Shown here: positions 42,355-54,677 of the stretch, in pieces
Position numbering within the stretch: the first letter of the stretch is position 1
Layout: each line of letters opens with the position of its first letter
Source: Dimorphilus gyrociliatus
Lineage: Eukaryota; Animalia; Annelida
Length of the DNA stretch: 64,000 nt
Direction of reading: 5' to 3'
NCBI GenBank assembly: GCA_904063045.1
Contig: CAJFCJ010000006.1
Span: forward strand, 3,922,408-3,986,407
The notes under the pieces: generated by a model
Databases searched by the model: none
The model's input: the letters and a program-made list of their open reading frames with translations, nothing else
Told to the model about the DNA's origin: nothing
Position numbers and translations under genes: made by a program

Positions 42355-44028
42355 TTAAAACATGCTACTTAAATTTTTTACCATATTTGACTTATCCTTT
42401 TCTACTTTTCTAAAAACTGGTTTAACGTCAAGATTGACATTATTTAAATATTCATGCTTTAGGCACATAATTGCGCTCCATCGTTTTGATGGATCATAGA
42501 TGATCATTTTCTGAAGAAATAAGCAAATATTATTAATTGATTTTTAATAAAAATATAAAAATAATCGTACGCGAAATAAATCCATGCCATCATTGTCTAA
42601 TCCCTGAATGTTAATTTCTTGAACTTTAAATTGTGGAAATCTAGTTTGAAAATCTGGAAGATTAGTAACACCCGGCCAAATATCTTCATTAGGAGTGCCT
42701 AATGTTCTAAATATTCTCATCAATTGATCAATTTCTGAATCAGCAGGAAAAAGGGGTTTGCCGGTAGGCTAAACAAGTTAAAACTCTTAAGAGAAAATAT
42801 GTAATAAAAGTTTTAAAATAATTTACCATTTCGGCAAAAATACATCCTAAGCTCCATATATCAACCGACGGACAATAAAAATCTGTTCCTAAAAGAATTT
42901 CTGGCGATCTATACCAAAGCGTTATTACCTAAAAGAGAAAAAGAAGATAAAACTCTTACTTTAAGTGCCTAGCTGAAAGTGTAAACGGATCGCATTAACT
43001 GTCGAAAATGCCAAAGGGAAAGCTTATTTAATATAAAATTTACCTCATGGGTGTATTTTCTTGAAGGAATTTGTATCATTCTAGCTAGTCCAAAGTCAGC
43101 AATCTTTATTTTACCATCAGAAGTTACTAGTAGGTTTTGAGGCTGGATGATTTTTATTTTATTAAATTGACAATATAAAAAGATTGTAAAATACTTTTAG
43201 ATCCCTGTGCAGTATTTTTCTACCATGACAAAAAGCCATACCGTCCAGTAATTGTTTCATGTAACTCTAAAATGAGGTATAGATTAATAAACCATGTAGA
43301 GATAGTAAATATAAATAAAAAAGCTAAGAATTGTAACAGAAAAATGACTTGACCATAAAAAATCATTTCGTCATGAAAGGAATTACGAATCTTAAGAAGC
43401 TTCGATAAAGTATTGACAAGTTCTATCTAACTCTAGCCTAGTTTTTGCGAGTTCTTTCAAATTATTGAAAATAAATAGATCTTCTATTCAAAGAAATGTT
43501 CACCTCTTTTAATAGTATAGGTTTATATAAGCACTGGTTTTGTTAACATAATTTGTTGAGCAAAGTTATCCCTGGCTTTGTTCCTTCAGGAACGTCTAGC
43601 TGCAGGGAACACTCACCTTTGTTAACTCATAATCTAATCCGCCATTTTGTTCCATTAACTTCTTTAAATCCATGTCACAAAATTCAAAAACCAAATAAAG
43701 TTTGTAAGTTGAATTTGACCCTTGCTGAGGTGTATCGCAAAAAACATTTAACAATTTAACAACATTGTCATGCTCGAGCTGCTTCAGCATGTTCACCTCT
43801 CGTAAAGCTGTGCTAGGAACACCTTCTCTTTCCCTAAATTGTAAGTTTATAGCATTTAATATTTTATAATAATAATAATAATAATAAATTATATCTAGCT
43901 TACCCATTTTTGTTATAGTCGATTCGCTTTAGAGCCACGCACTCTCCGGTTAATGAGTTAATTGCCTTATAGACAACTCCATAGGTCCCTTCCCCTAGTT
44001 TTTCCTTCCTTTCGTATGATGTTTGCAT
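42355..44028 (-). CDS. CDK2: Cyclin-dependent kinase, CDK1/2/3 class, PSTALRE variant (7 exons)
   Basis: [11 protein letters not shown] (T14/Y15), [68 protein letters not shown]2 versus CDK1 or a paralog is not resolvable by eye. Confidence 0.85.
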
Positions 44029-44501
44029 CTTATGTACCCAGCCTATGGTATGTCGATCAAATCCTTTTATCAAACAAGATATTACGTGTATTTTCGACTA
44101 CATTTCCATCCCTCCTGACCCCTTCTAAGTTCCGCGCTCTGGTGTTGCCGCGTTTATTTTCATAGTATCGCAGCAATAAAGTCCGCATTTAATTTCCAGT
44201 GATACTCTTCAATCACAATCTTATGAATTGTCAATAGTTCACAGTTTGCTACCCAAACAGATTGCATGATACAGTATTATTATCTATTAGTAGAAATCGA
44301 TTCATCAAAAATTGATAACAGTAAATACAAAAATTCGAAAAGAGTTTTTTAGTAATCAAGCTTCGCGCTGGAAACCACTTCTTAATCGGGTTCTACTTCT
44401 TATTTTCACTTTTTAAGAATGGTGAAAAAGATTTTTTTACTCATAGTGATAAAAATAAATATATAAATGCATCTTGAATTGTCTTATTAAAAAATTTTTT
44501 C

Positions 44502-44515
44502 GTTGCCATAGAAAT
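44502..44515. promoter_or_regulatory. RFX X-box upstream of IFT54
   Basis: GTTGCCATAGAAAT, about 130 nt upstream of ATG 44648, in the CDK/IFT54 divergent promoter. Confidence 0.7.
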
Positions 44516-44647
44516 TACATTTGACAACAATGCTACGCATGCGCCCAACCAAATTCCAAAGCAGACGGATTTAGCGACTGTTTTGAACAACTCTTAGGAG
44601 TTTTTATGATTTTATAAATAAACTAAAGGAAACAAACAGAATCGAAG

Positions 44648-47600
44648 ATGAATGACGAAATTGTTAAAAAGACTAAAGACACTTTAGGAAAAGTTATTAA
44701 AAATCACCCTCCTCTAACTGACAAATTACTCAATAAGCCACCTTTTCGTTATTTGCATGATATAATGACATCGGTAAAAATTTTAATCAAAAGAAATTAG
44801 ATAAAAATCTCTAATAAATATTTATTATTTTCTTTTAAGGTAATTAAAAGCACTGGGTTCATGAAAGGATTATTCGATGAGTCCGAAATGCAGTCTGAAA
44901 ATGTTAAGGTAAAAATGAATTATGAAATAAACATATTCTAAACAAATACTGTTTCTGGCTATGTATATTAAAAAGCAAAAAAATATTAAATAATTATTAT
45001 TTTATGTAATAAAAACAAGAATCATTAATCTCATTATATTACGAGTGTGTTATTGGTAACATTCCAATTGCATTTATAATAATCATATTGATGTACTTGT
45101 GAAGGAAAATCAATTTCTTAAGCTTAATAATATTCAAAAATGCAAAAAAAAACAGCATAAAACTTATTACCACTTTAAATTTAATGTATTCTAAAATTTA
45201 CCTTAATATTTAATAACTATTTATTAATTTCTCCACAGGACAGAGATGCTAAAGTAGCCTTTTTACAGAAAGTTATTGATATTGTTGGTAAGTTTTGAAA
45301 CATTTGTCTTTTTAAATTAAACTATTAAACGATATTGGAATTTATAATATAAAATTTTGTTTAAATTTCAATTTAGCTTTGGTTACCGGTGAAAAACCGA
45401 GTGCTAGACCGTCTAAAATTGTTGCTGGCCAAGAACCTGAAAAGACAAATGAATTCCTACAGTTATTAGCGGCAGCTGTCAATAAAAAACCCGATAATGA
45501 GTCAGTGGTTCGAAAAGTATTAAGAGGTAAGAATAATTTATATTCAGAGAATAATACAAGTGCTTGTATAGAATTTTTCGAATATCTTTAATGATTATCT
45601 TTATTAATGTGAGACAAATGTGCCATTAGGCTCAGGGAGAAAGAAGGACAGAGAAGGATCTGCAGCTAGGTCCAAAGATGATAAAAACAAGGAAAAGAAG
45701 GATGATGATAAGAGACGAAAGGATAAGAAAGATAGAGATAGGGATAGGGATAGAGAAGATAAGGACGAGAAAGAAAAGGATGAGAAAGAGAGCAGAAGAA
45801 AGCATAAAGATAAGCGTAGTAGAGATCAGTCTAGAGAAAAAGAAGATAAAGACGAAAAGAGGGAGAGGAGAAAAGAGAGAGAAAGAGAAAAGGAAAAGGA
45901 GAGAGAAAGAGAAAAGGAAAAGGAGAGAGAAAGAGAAAAGGAAAAGGAGAGAGAAAAAGAAAACAATTCAACACCAGAAAACGAAGAGAAACACGAATCT
46001 GTATGTATTTCTATTTACGCGTTAACATTAAACACAAGTTTTTTTTAACTTTACAAAAAGAACACCTCTTTATTTTGAAAAGCAAATTTATAAGATGTAA
46101 TTATTATTAGATTATCACAAATTAATAAAATTAAAAAGAAATCCCCTCCCCTTCTAATTATACGTAAAGCATGAAAAATAACCTATAAGTAAAGAAAAGA
46201 ACAAAAAGTCAAGTGTGTAATTCAATATCAGATTTAGACTCAAATTAACCAGAAAATTCTTTTAAAACGAATTTTTTTCGTTAAACTAAAGTAATAAAAC
46301 CTTTAAAATATTTAATAGGAAAAAAATTAAAAGAAGATGAAAGAAATCTAATTATTTATCTATTATTTCTCGTTTCTCTTACTATTTAATTTATATGATT
46401 AAGAGTAGAATCCAAAAACCAAATTCATATTTAGAAATACCTATTTTACTGATTAAAAAATGTATAAAAAATGTAGAAAAAACCCCCAAAACCTTCAAGT
46501 TCCCTAAAGACTGGTAAGCAAAATGCCAAAATATCACAATCCGTTCCTTTTTTCATACCCTATTAAATGTTGTAGAAAGACAGAAATATATATATATATA
46601 TATATATTCTTATTTATATACATGCATACATATACTATATATATATATTAATGTACTGATTAGTATTATTTTTGTTTTCTAAATGGAGAATTTTCTATAA
46701 AAAGCATTAGAAGAGTATCTTTAAATGAAGTTTGGCTGCATTTTTAATAAGGTCATTTGCATTTCAATTTACCATTGGGTTTTTATTCTGGACAAATAAT
46801 ATTTACAAATACACTTAGGTTAAACAGTAATTTTGTAAGATAAAAGTTCAGGAAATATCTTAATTTCTCCTTTTCTGATGCAAAAGAAAATTCTCTGCTT
46901 CTATTTCTTATTATTCTTCGTTGTTTGTGTGATCTCACGGAATCACGTGTGTATTACCCTGTGGTCACAGATGCAGAATGGAGACTCCTCTGAAACGGAA
47001 AAACGAGAAGGTCATAGACCCCCTAGACCCACTTCTGCAAAGGGTCGGCGAAGGCCTAGACATGGTAGTTTATTATTTTTCACCGCATATTTTTTTTTTT
47101 ACGAAAAGTTTGCGGTGCTTTTTTATGTGTGGTTTGTGGTTATTTGTAATCAGGTAGGAAGAATGAAGATGACGATTCGGGTGTTGATGAGCCATTAAGG
47201 AGGAGAGGAGGTCTGTGAAAAGATTTTTAAACAAAAAATATCACTCTTCTATCCGTTTTTCTATCTTGGCTTATGTTTAGTCCAATAAATTGTTCCTTTT
47301 TTTTCTTTTCTTTATATTTTCGAGCTTTTTATCTCGTTTCTTTTTTCAGTGGACGAAGAGGGAAACGAACTCAAAGAAGCTGTTATTCCACCTCAAGTTG
47401 CTGCGTCGTTAGTATAATTATTTTTTAAAGGCTAAACGAATTCAATTATTTAACAAAGGAGCTTTCTCCTTACATTAAAATCGCTTGAATGAAACTTATC
47501 TAAAGCTAATCTTTTTTATTTGATAAATTCTTACTCTATCTTTCATTTAATAGGCGAGCCGCTAGACCGGGAAGTGCCAGACCTGCTGCCCCGCGGCCGA

Positions 47601-48256
47601 AACAAAAGGATAATGCACCTCCTGCAGAAGATAATCAACATTTGATGGCTGGAAAAGTTCCCAATGTGATTGTTGATAAAGCTGACGATTCAGATGATGA
47701 TTTTGTCGCCAAGGAAGAAGAGGATCAACCAATGCCGATGAATGATGCTCCAATGAGGAAAGCCGATATAGATGAAGACGATGATGAGGATCACGGAGGT
47801 TTAGTTAAGAAAATTTTAGAAACAAAAAAAGAACAAGAAGAAGCCATGGCTAAAAGGAGTGGAAAGGTTACCATTGAAAGAACGACTCAATCGGATGCCA
47901 CTAAGAGAAAACAGAGGGAATTAGTTCAGAAAGAGATGGACGCTCTCAGGAATTCTATTCAAACTCTAACTAGGTCGGCAAATCCTCTTGGCAAAATGAT
48001 GGACTACGTTCAAGAAGATTTAGATTCTATGCAAAAAGAAATGATCACTTGGAAAGACGAGAACGAAGTTAACATTAGGGAATTGAAAATGGAACAAACT
48101 AGGACGAATGACGTTCTCGAGCCATTAAAAGCGAAATTGGTGAATGTCGATCAACAAATTTCGGATCAACTTGATTTAATTGCAGCAACTAAATCTTCGA
48201 TCTTAAGAAATGAAGATAGGATTCATAAGATGTTGTCGAGTATAACCAAGTCTTGA
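44648..48256 (+). CDS. TRAF3IP1: Intraflagellar transport protein 54 (TRAF3IP1/MIP-T3)
   Basis: CH domain [27 protein letters not shown]; [15 protein letters not shown]; K/E/R-rich linker; [11 protein letters not shown]; [14 protein letters not shown]; C-terminal coil [28 protein letters not shown]. Confidence 0.93.
45875..45960 (+). repeat. 24-bp coding tandem repeat (EREREKEK x3 plus partial) in IFT54
   Basis: GAGAGAGAAAGAGAAAAGGAAAAG at 45875, 45899 and 45923, partial copy from 45947. Confidence 0.9.
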
Positions 48257-49088
48257 AATAAACAAAAGACAAAAAATAAATATAATTTTTTTTTCTGTTT
48301 TCGTTTTGTAAATATAATGAATTGTAAACGACTTAATTTTCACAATATACTGTTTCTTTCTCCTTTTCTTTGCATCCCTAAATAGAATACAATTTTCGGT
48401 CTAAATTGTTTCTTTCTCTTTCTCTCTCTCTTTCTCTAAACAGCATCTTTCTGTTACAATTATCCTTCTAAATATTCTACCTCGTAATCTATGAAGAAAT
48501 GTACTCTATTTAACTATTTTCAAAATGTCTTAACATGCAATATATACACAATCACAAAACAGTATATTTCTAGATAAATACAATCTGATTTTGGTCGATA
48601 TTTATAAATTTGCGGGAGAAAATGTAATATTATAGTCATATTTCTTCTACTAACAGAATAAAATCGGTAGATATATTTGAAAAAGAAATAATTTTCTTGA
48701 AAATTTATGTCATAAACCGAATTTTTTATATTGAATTTATCTCTCTCTCTCTTTCTTCTTTCTCTTTCCTTCCTAATAGGAAACTTATCGGAGAAGGTTA
48801 AGTCTACTATCTTTGAAATATTATAACATTGTAGTCTTTAAGGCCAATTTCTTCATTTTTCTCAACCTTTTTGTCTAACTAAAAATTAGATAATTTATAT
48901 TAAGAATAATAATATTCTCTTTTTCTTCTCTTAAGCAAACAAAATTGTCTCGTACAAGTAGCTTTATAACTATTTAGTCATATTTATGGTAAAAAAATTA
49001 AATATACAGATGGCGTTCAACAATAATAATAGGTTACCGGTTCCGACGTTATATGAATTGTGCTGATAAAGCGATTGACCGTTAGCTC

Positions 49089-49103
49089 GTTGCTACAGGT
49101 AAC
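49089..49103. promoter_or_regulatory. RFX X-box upstream of ODAD1/CCDC63
   Basis: GTTGCTACAGGTAAC = GTTGCT-N3-GGTAAC, about 135 nt upstream of ATG 49240. Confidence 0.7.
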
Positions 49104-49239
49104 TAAACAAGCGAGTTGGTGATTGTATTGGTTGCGGCTTTCAACTATCGTATTTAAATTCCAAGTACTAAATCTTCATTAAAATTTGTTAAAATGTATG
49201 TTTAACACCTCTTTGAACTAGTAAATTTGTTAATTTAGG

Positions 49240-51462
49240 ATGCCGAGACCGCGATCAGCTTCATCGGATGCCAGCGATGCAGGAGAGGGAATGGCTCAAG
49301 AAGAACTACAAAGATTGAAGAGGAGTTACAGATCGACTGAAGTTAATAAACAGCAATATACTAATGAGAGTCAAACCCTTATCCGTAAACAGAGGTATTA
49401 GGAGAATATTTATGAAATTTTACGATAACCTTCTATCAAAATCTTTGATCTGTTATTTATTTCACTTGTCATGAGGATATTCGTATTTTCCACTGAACGA
49501 ATTCTTAATTACGGGTCGATGAACTACAAAATATCACTGTTAATACAAAATGTTAATGTATTTTAGGCAAGAACTTGAGCAACTTGACAAAAGCATTCAA
49601 GAGTGTCTAAAAGAGCTACGTCTAATTGAATCAACATCCAACAAAAAGAAAGACGATACAAACGTAAACTCTCTGACAGATTTAGGAAATAAACTAAGTA
49701 AAACCCCTTTCATTTCGCATTTATAAGAAAGACAAATGAATATATATTATATAAATTACAAATTGCCTCTTTTTCTTGTAATAGCTGAAACGGAGAAAGC
49801 AATCGTTGATGAAATTAGACAGCAGGAGGATCTAAAAGCTGAAATTAAGGAATGGGAAGCTAAATGTAAAAAGCAAAACCAAAACATGGGAGGGTCAAAT
49901 ATGTCCCATCAGCACAATGTTAAAGTTCAGAGAAATATCGGAAAACTAGAAAATCAATTGGATCAAGCAAATAGCAGATTTTCAAAGTTGCTAAGTACGA
50001 ATGCGAATTTAAGAAACGAAATCGAGTCACTAAGAGTTGAACGAACTCGTTTCGATAATGTTTATAAGAAATTAGAACGAAAATTGAACGATTTGAAAAG
50101 AGAGACAGGAGAAGTTATAGACATATCAACGCAAGCTTACGATCAAAGGTTTGACAGTATATTTGTAAATTTAAATTTTAACTTTATTTATAACACCAGA
50201 GAGGATGCTCAAACGAAGATGATTCAACTTAAGGAAAAATCCGATAAAGATATTGCACAGCACAATGCCGAAATGAAGGAATTAATGAGAATAATTGATC
50301 ACGACAGAAAACTGAGAGAGTTTATGAATGTTAAAGGTGCTGATAGAGAGGAAGACCCACAACAGAGAGCTTGGAAACAAAACATCGGTAAGAATTAAAC
50401 AGAGATAGCCATCTAGAATTAATATTGAAATTGTTTTTTATTTCATAGAAAAAAGAGAAGCTCAAAGACGAAAAGCATCTCAAACCGACACTGTTGAATC
50501 GTACGAACAAGCGATGGAGAGAATTAAGGAAATCACACAAGAAAATGATATTCAAATGTTGGTTAAAAAATTTATAGAAGTAGAGGATAAAAACTTCGCT
50601 CTTTTCAACTATGTTAATGAACAAAACAATCAAATTGAGCAGTTGCAAAACGAAATTTCAGAGGTTTGCTAAATAATTGAGTTTCCCTAACTATTAATTG
50701 TTATTCTCTTTTAGATACAAGAGAATATTGGAAAGTATGAGAAGGAAGGTACCGAAATGGAAGAGGAACGGAAAGATATCATGAGACGTTTGGAAAATCG
50801 TCAACGTAATGCCTCAAAAGAAGCAGATGTCTTTGAAGAAAAACATAAGGCTGTTATGAAAATATTAGATCAACTGAAAGACGGCATACAATCATTGTTT
50901 GACAAAATCAATTGTGATAAGAACGCTTTGGGTGATATGCTGGGAGCGCAGGAGGGAATGAATGAACAGAATATTATGCAATACATGGGTCCCATTGAAC
51001 AACGTACAAATGAACTTCTCAAAATACAAGGCTACGTCTTGATGCAAAAAGTACGCTTTCCTAATTGAATTATTTGCTCATCATTTATTACTTTCGTTTC
51101 GTTGTCAATTAACAGGATCACGATCAAGATTTTACCAAAAAACAACATAGTTTATTAGGTGAGGGACCCGCACCACCTCAAAACCTTCCAATAATTGAAC
51201 CCCCGTCTGTTGGGTAAGTTTCTAAAACTTTAAGGGAAAAGTCGTATCACATCTTTTAAAATATTTTAACAGAGACGATTTGGATAGCGATCCAAACGAA
51301 GTGAGTGACGATGAAAGGCGGCCAATGACAAGAACGGAATTGGAACAAAAGGCTCTTAGGTCAGTCCATAAGCGAGAAGCAACAATGAAGAACCAGCCTT
51401 TCAGATATGATTTGGGAAATAATGACAAAGGAAAGAAAAAGGAAAAGGGAAGAAAATATTGA
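49240..51462 (+). CDS. ODAD1: Outer dynein arm docking complex subunit (ODA-DC2; CCDC114/ODAD1-CCDC63 family)
   Basis: Coiled-coil protein with LENQLDQANSRFSKLLSTNANLRNEIESLRVER..F, MKELMRIIDHDRKLREFM, FIEVEDKNFALFNYVNEQNNQIE and NIMQYMGPIEQRTNELL. Confidence 0.85.
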
Positions 51463-52894
51463 TCTAGATTATGGAGACATCATTAACAACAAATAAATAG
51501 TATCTACTTTATTAATGAAATATCTGCTTATGTTTATTTATTATACAGAATTATTTTTTTTTATATTAAAGAAAGAATTAAAGAATTAAAGCTTCGTAAC
51601 ATTAATAATTCCTTTAATATAATATCCATCTATTGGATCGTCAAATAAAAAAAAGACTATCTTGTAAGGTGCAGAGAAGTTATAGGACTAAATTTTGTCA
51701 TTGTAGTTACTACATACTTTCATTTCAATTAAAATCTACCAAGTGAGCCTCCAAGTGGTTTTCCCGGAAATATAGCACAATAATTTAATAAAAATTATTC
51801 TATACCAAGGCAATCAACTAATCAGCTTTGGAAGAGACATGAGGCAAGAAATGGATAGAGGAGGAGGATATATTAATATACTAATATATATATAAACTGT
51901 ATATATATAGTAAACATATCAATCAATTGTAATTAAGCGAATCAAGCCCTTCGATAATAACGAGATTCCGGAAAAGAAAAGATAATAATCCCATCAATAA
52001 GAAAAAACAAGCATACTGAGACAAGGAAAAAAGCCTTAGAGATTATTTTTCATAAAATTGCTAACTCTCTTTCAGAGTTTATATTATAGAAAGTAGGTAT
52101 AGATTATTTTGGAATAGCATATATACATACACATCTTATAAAAGAAAAAGGTATGCTTATTGGTTGCTGAAAAATTAAAATGTAAGCCTCTTAAGGAAAT
52201 TGAAGCATATGCTATGACTATTTTTCTCTAAGATAGCTTCTTAAGCTCCAAAATAGATATGAAAAAATAAATTGATTTCAAATCTAAACTATTTCTAGTA
52301 AAATTATAAATTTTTCATTATTCTGAAAGGCTTTTTTCTTAAATCTTTTTAATTAACTTTTTTTAATTAACTTTCATCGGTTATAGTACAAGCAAAAAGC
52401 GTTCTTCATTAAGCGCAGTTCCGCATTAAATCAAGACAGTCGGAATTACAAATTAATCAACTGTAAATTAACTTCTTTTGGTTTGAGAAGCTTGCTATCT
52501 TAACAAAACTAAAAAGTAGGAATCGATTTAAGGTAAGATCTAGATAATTAGTCGAAAACATTAAAAATGAATATAGTTTTATTTCAAAAATAGAACAAGA
52601 ACATTCTTTTTTTCTAATTAGTATTTTGGTAGGATAAATTGAAAGACAAAGATGAATGATATTAGGGGAATATAATACATTAATCAGGTTATAGTTTATT
52701 GTTACTAATACCCTCAATGAAGTATTGTATTTATAATCTTTAACATATTTCCCATAATGATTATTTATATTGCAAATATTTATGTATGCAGTGGCTAATA
52801 GAATAAAAAGATAATTAGATTACATAAGTATACGATATTAAACTTTATTATACAGTAGGTGTGAAAGATCAAATGCTAAATCTTCATTAGTTAA

Positions 52895-53734
52895 TTAGCT
52901 CTTATAAAATAGAACAGATCCAAATGTTTTAGACCTATACTTTATTTCATTCCTTAAAAATTCGCTTTTAATTATTTTCCATGAAAAAGGCTCTTTTATT
53001 TGACCTATCGTAAGTGGGTCTGGCTCAGATAAAATTGTAAGACAAAGTCCATCGTTTTTCTCCTTTGGATGAGCATTAGCATTATGTTCAATTGACACTA
53101 TTCCATTGACTTTAGGCTCTCTGACAAATCCAAAAGCTAGTAATAGTATTCTCAATAAAGGAACAACTATACAAGTATCGGAAGCATAAAGTTCAACAAC
53201 CGGAAGTCCATGACAGACCTGTTTATTCTTACAGGATTCGTAAAATAGAACTTTAAGTTCTGGATCATCCCTAATGAATATCGCACGGATATATATTCGA
53301 GCATATCCGTTTAAAACTGGCAATGAATTTCTTGGTATCATATCACTTACAGTATATTTATAACCAATTTCCATAATTGGTAAAATATCTAAACTTTTCA
53401 ATTTTACACTCATATGAATTTCTTTAAAGTCGAAAAATTTTGAACATTCAATTACTCTCTTATCCTTAATTTTTGTTTTTATTTCACCACCAATTATTTT
53501 GCCAGCGAATATGAACTTTAAGGAGAGTCTTTTTTTATTTTCTACGCTAATTAATGTTTCTGGTTCAAATTTAAGTCCTGTTAATTCCAGAACAATCCTC
53601 TTTATGGCTTGCTGAAACGAAATTAACACATTTTTTTGTTTTCTAATAGGGCAATAGCCTCTTATATTTATTCTCTTACTTGGATTTCTCATATAAACAG
53701 TATATATAAACACCGTTGTTGAGTTTACGCGCAT
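52895..53734 (-). CDS. Intronless 279-aa protein of unknown function; weak ubiquitin-like resemblance in the N-terminal half
   Basis: 840-nt ORF with ATG start in AT-rich context and globular composition; segment LKFIFAGKII recalls ubiquitin LIFAGKQL. No family recognised. Confidence 0.6.
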   Translation of the reverse strand: MRVNSTTVFIYTVYMRNPSKRINIRGYCPIRKQKNVLISFQQAIKRIVLELTGLKFEPETLISVENKKRLSLKFIFAGKIIGGEIKTKIKDKRVIECSKFFDFKEIHMSVKLKSLDILPIMEIGYKYTVSDMIPRNSLPVLNGYARIYIRAIFIRDDPELKVLFYESCKNKQVCHGLPVVELYASDTCIVVPLLRILLLAFGFVREPKVNGIVSIEHNANAHPKEKNDGLCLTILSEPDPLTIGQIKEPFSWKIIKSEFLRNEIKYRSKTFGSVLFYKS

Positions 53735-54205
53735 ATATTGTGTAGGTTTATATATACCTATGTACTCGTATATTTAAATAAATAGATCCGTAGATCTTTA
53801 CAAATGGATTGATATATTCTCTAAATATATATATATATATATATATACAATATAAACCGTACACTTTTGTATATAGAACTTTAAATAAAGATTAATTCTT
53901 CCTACTCTTTCATCTAAAAAGCATTCAAAAAGTATAGATAAAAGGACCTAACATAATAAAGTTTCATTATTTTTTTATAATTTACTGAAGGCAATCTCTA
54001 TATGTATCGTCTGACTTAATTATTCTTGTTGAAAGCTTTAATTTTAAAGAATTCTGTGAAAAATGAGAATTTATAAAACGAACAATTAGTCTAGATTTTT
54101 TCCCCTATTTATAAATTAATTATTAATAATATATTTAATGCTTTTACACTTTGGTTTATTTTTAGATGATTGTGTTTATAGGCTGTTAAAGGATTTTTGT
54201 GTGCT

Positions 54206-54677
54206 TTAACGTACTACTAAAGTTTCTCTATCTTCTACTTTATCCTCGGGAATTGTCCATGTCTCCTGACGTTCTTCGTCCATTGTCATTAGAATCCTAT
54301 TCTCATGATCACTAATGAAAGCTGCTACTGTATACATATCTAAAGACGCCTCTTGATCATGTATATAATCTACAGTTAAGTATGTAAGTAATTAAAGAAA
54401 AATATATTTTTTGCAACACACCATTCCCAATCAACTCAATGAGAAAATTTAAATCCGCTTCTTTAGGTTCATTGTTAAGCCACTTCCACAATTCAACCTC
54501 CAGTGCATCTACACAGGATACGCTCGCAGAATTGGGTTTTAAGAAAGAGGTTCGAGACAATTCTAGTGGAAATACCGATTTCTTTAGAGGGAGCGTAGGT
54601 TTATCCAATCCATAGTAGAAATTAGAACTAACATCATTGTCAACTTCACAGCCCAATGTTTTTTTAGTCTTAGACAT
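54206..54677 (-). CDS. Two-exon 139-aa protein of unknown function
   Basis: Exon 1 54677-54422 and a 52-nt GT-AG intron (54421-54370) continue in frame into exon 2 54369-54206: ..LNFLIELIGN-DYIHDQEASLDMYTVAAFISDHENRILMTMDEERQETWTIPEDKVEDRETLVVR*. Confidence 0.6.

Noticed and set aside
52457-52717. Minus ORF of 86 aa and plus-strand splice-like signals
   Set aside because: Composition typical of AT-rich non-coding DNA; no coherent gene model.
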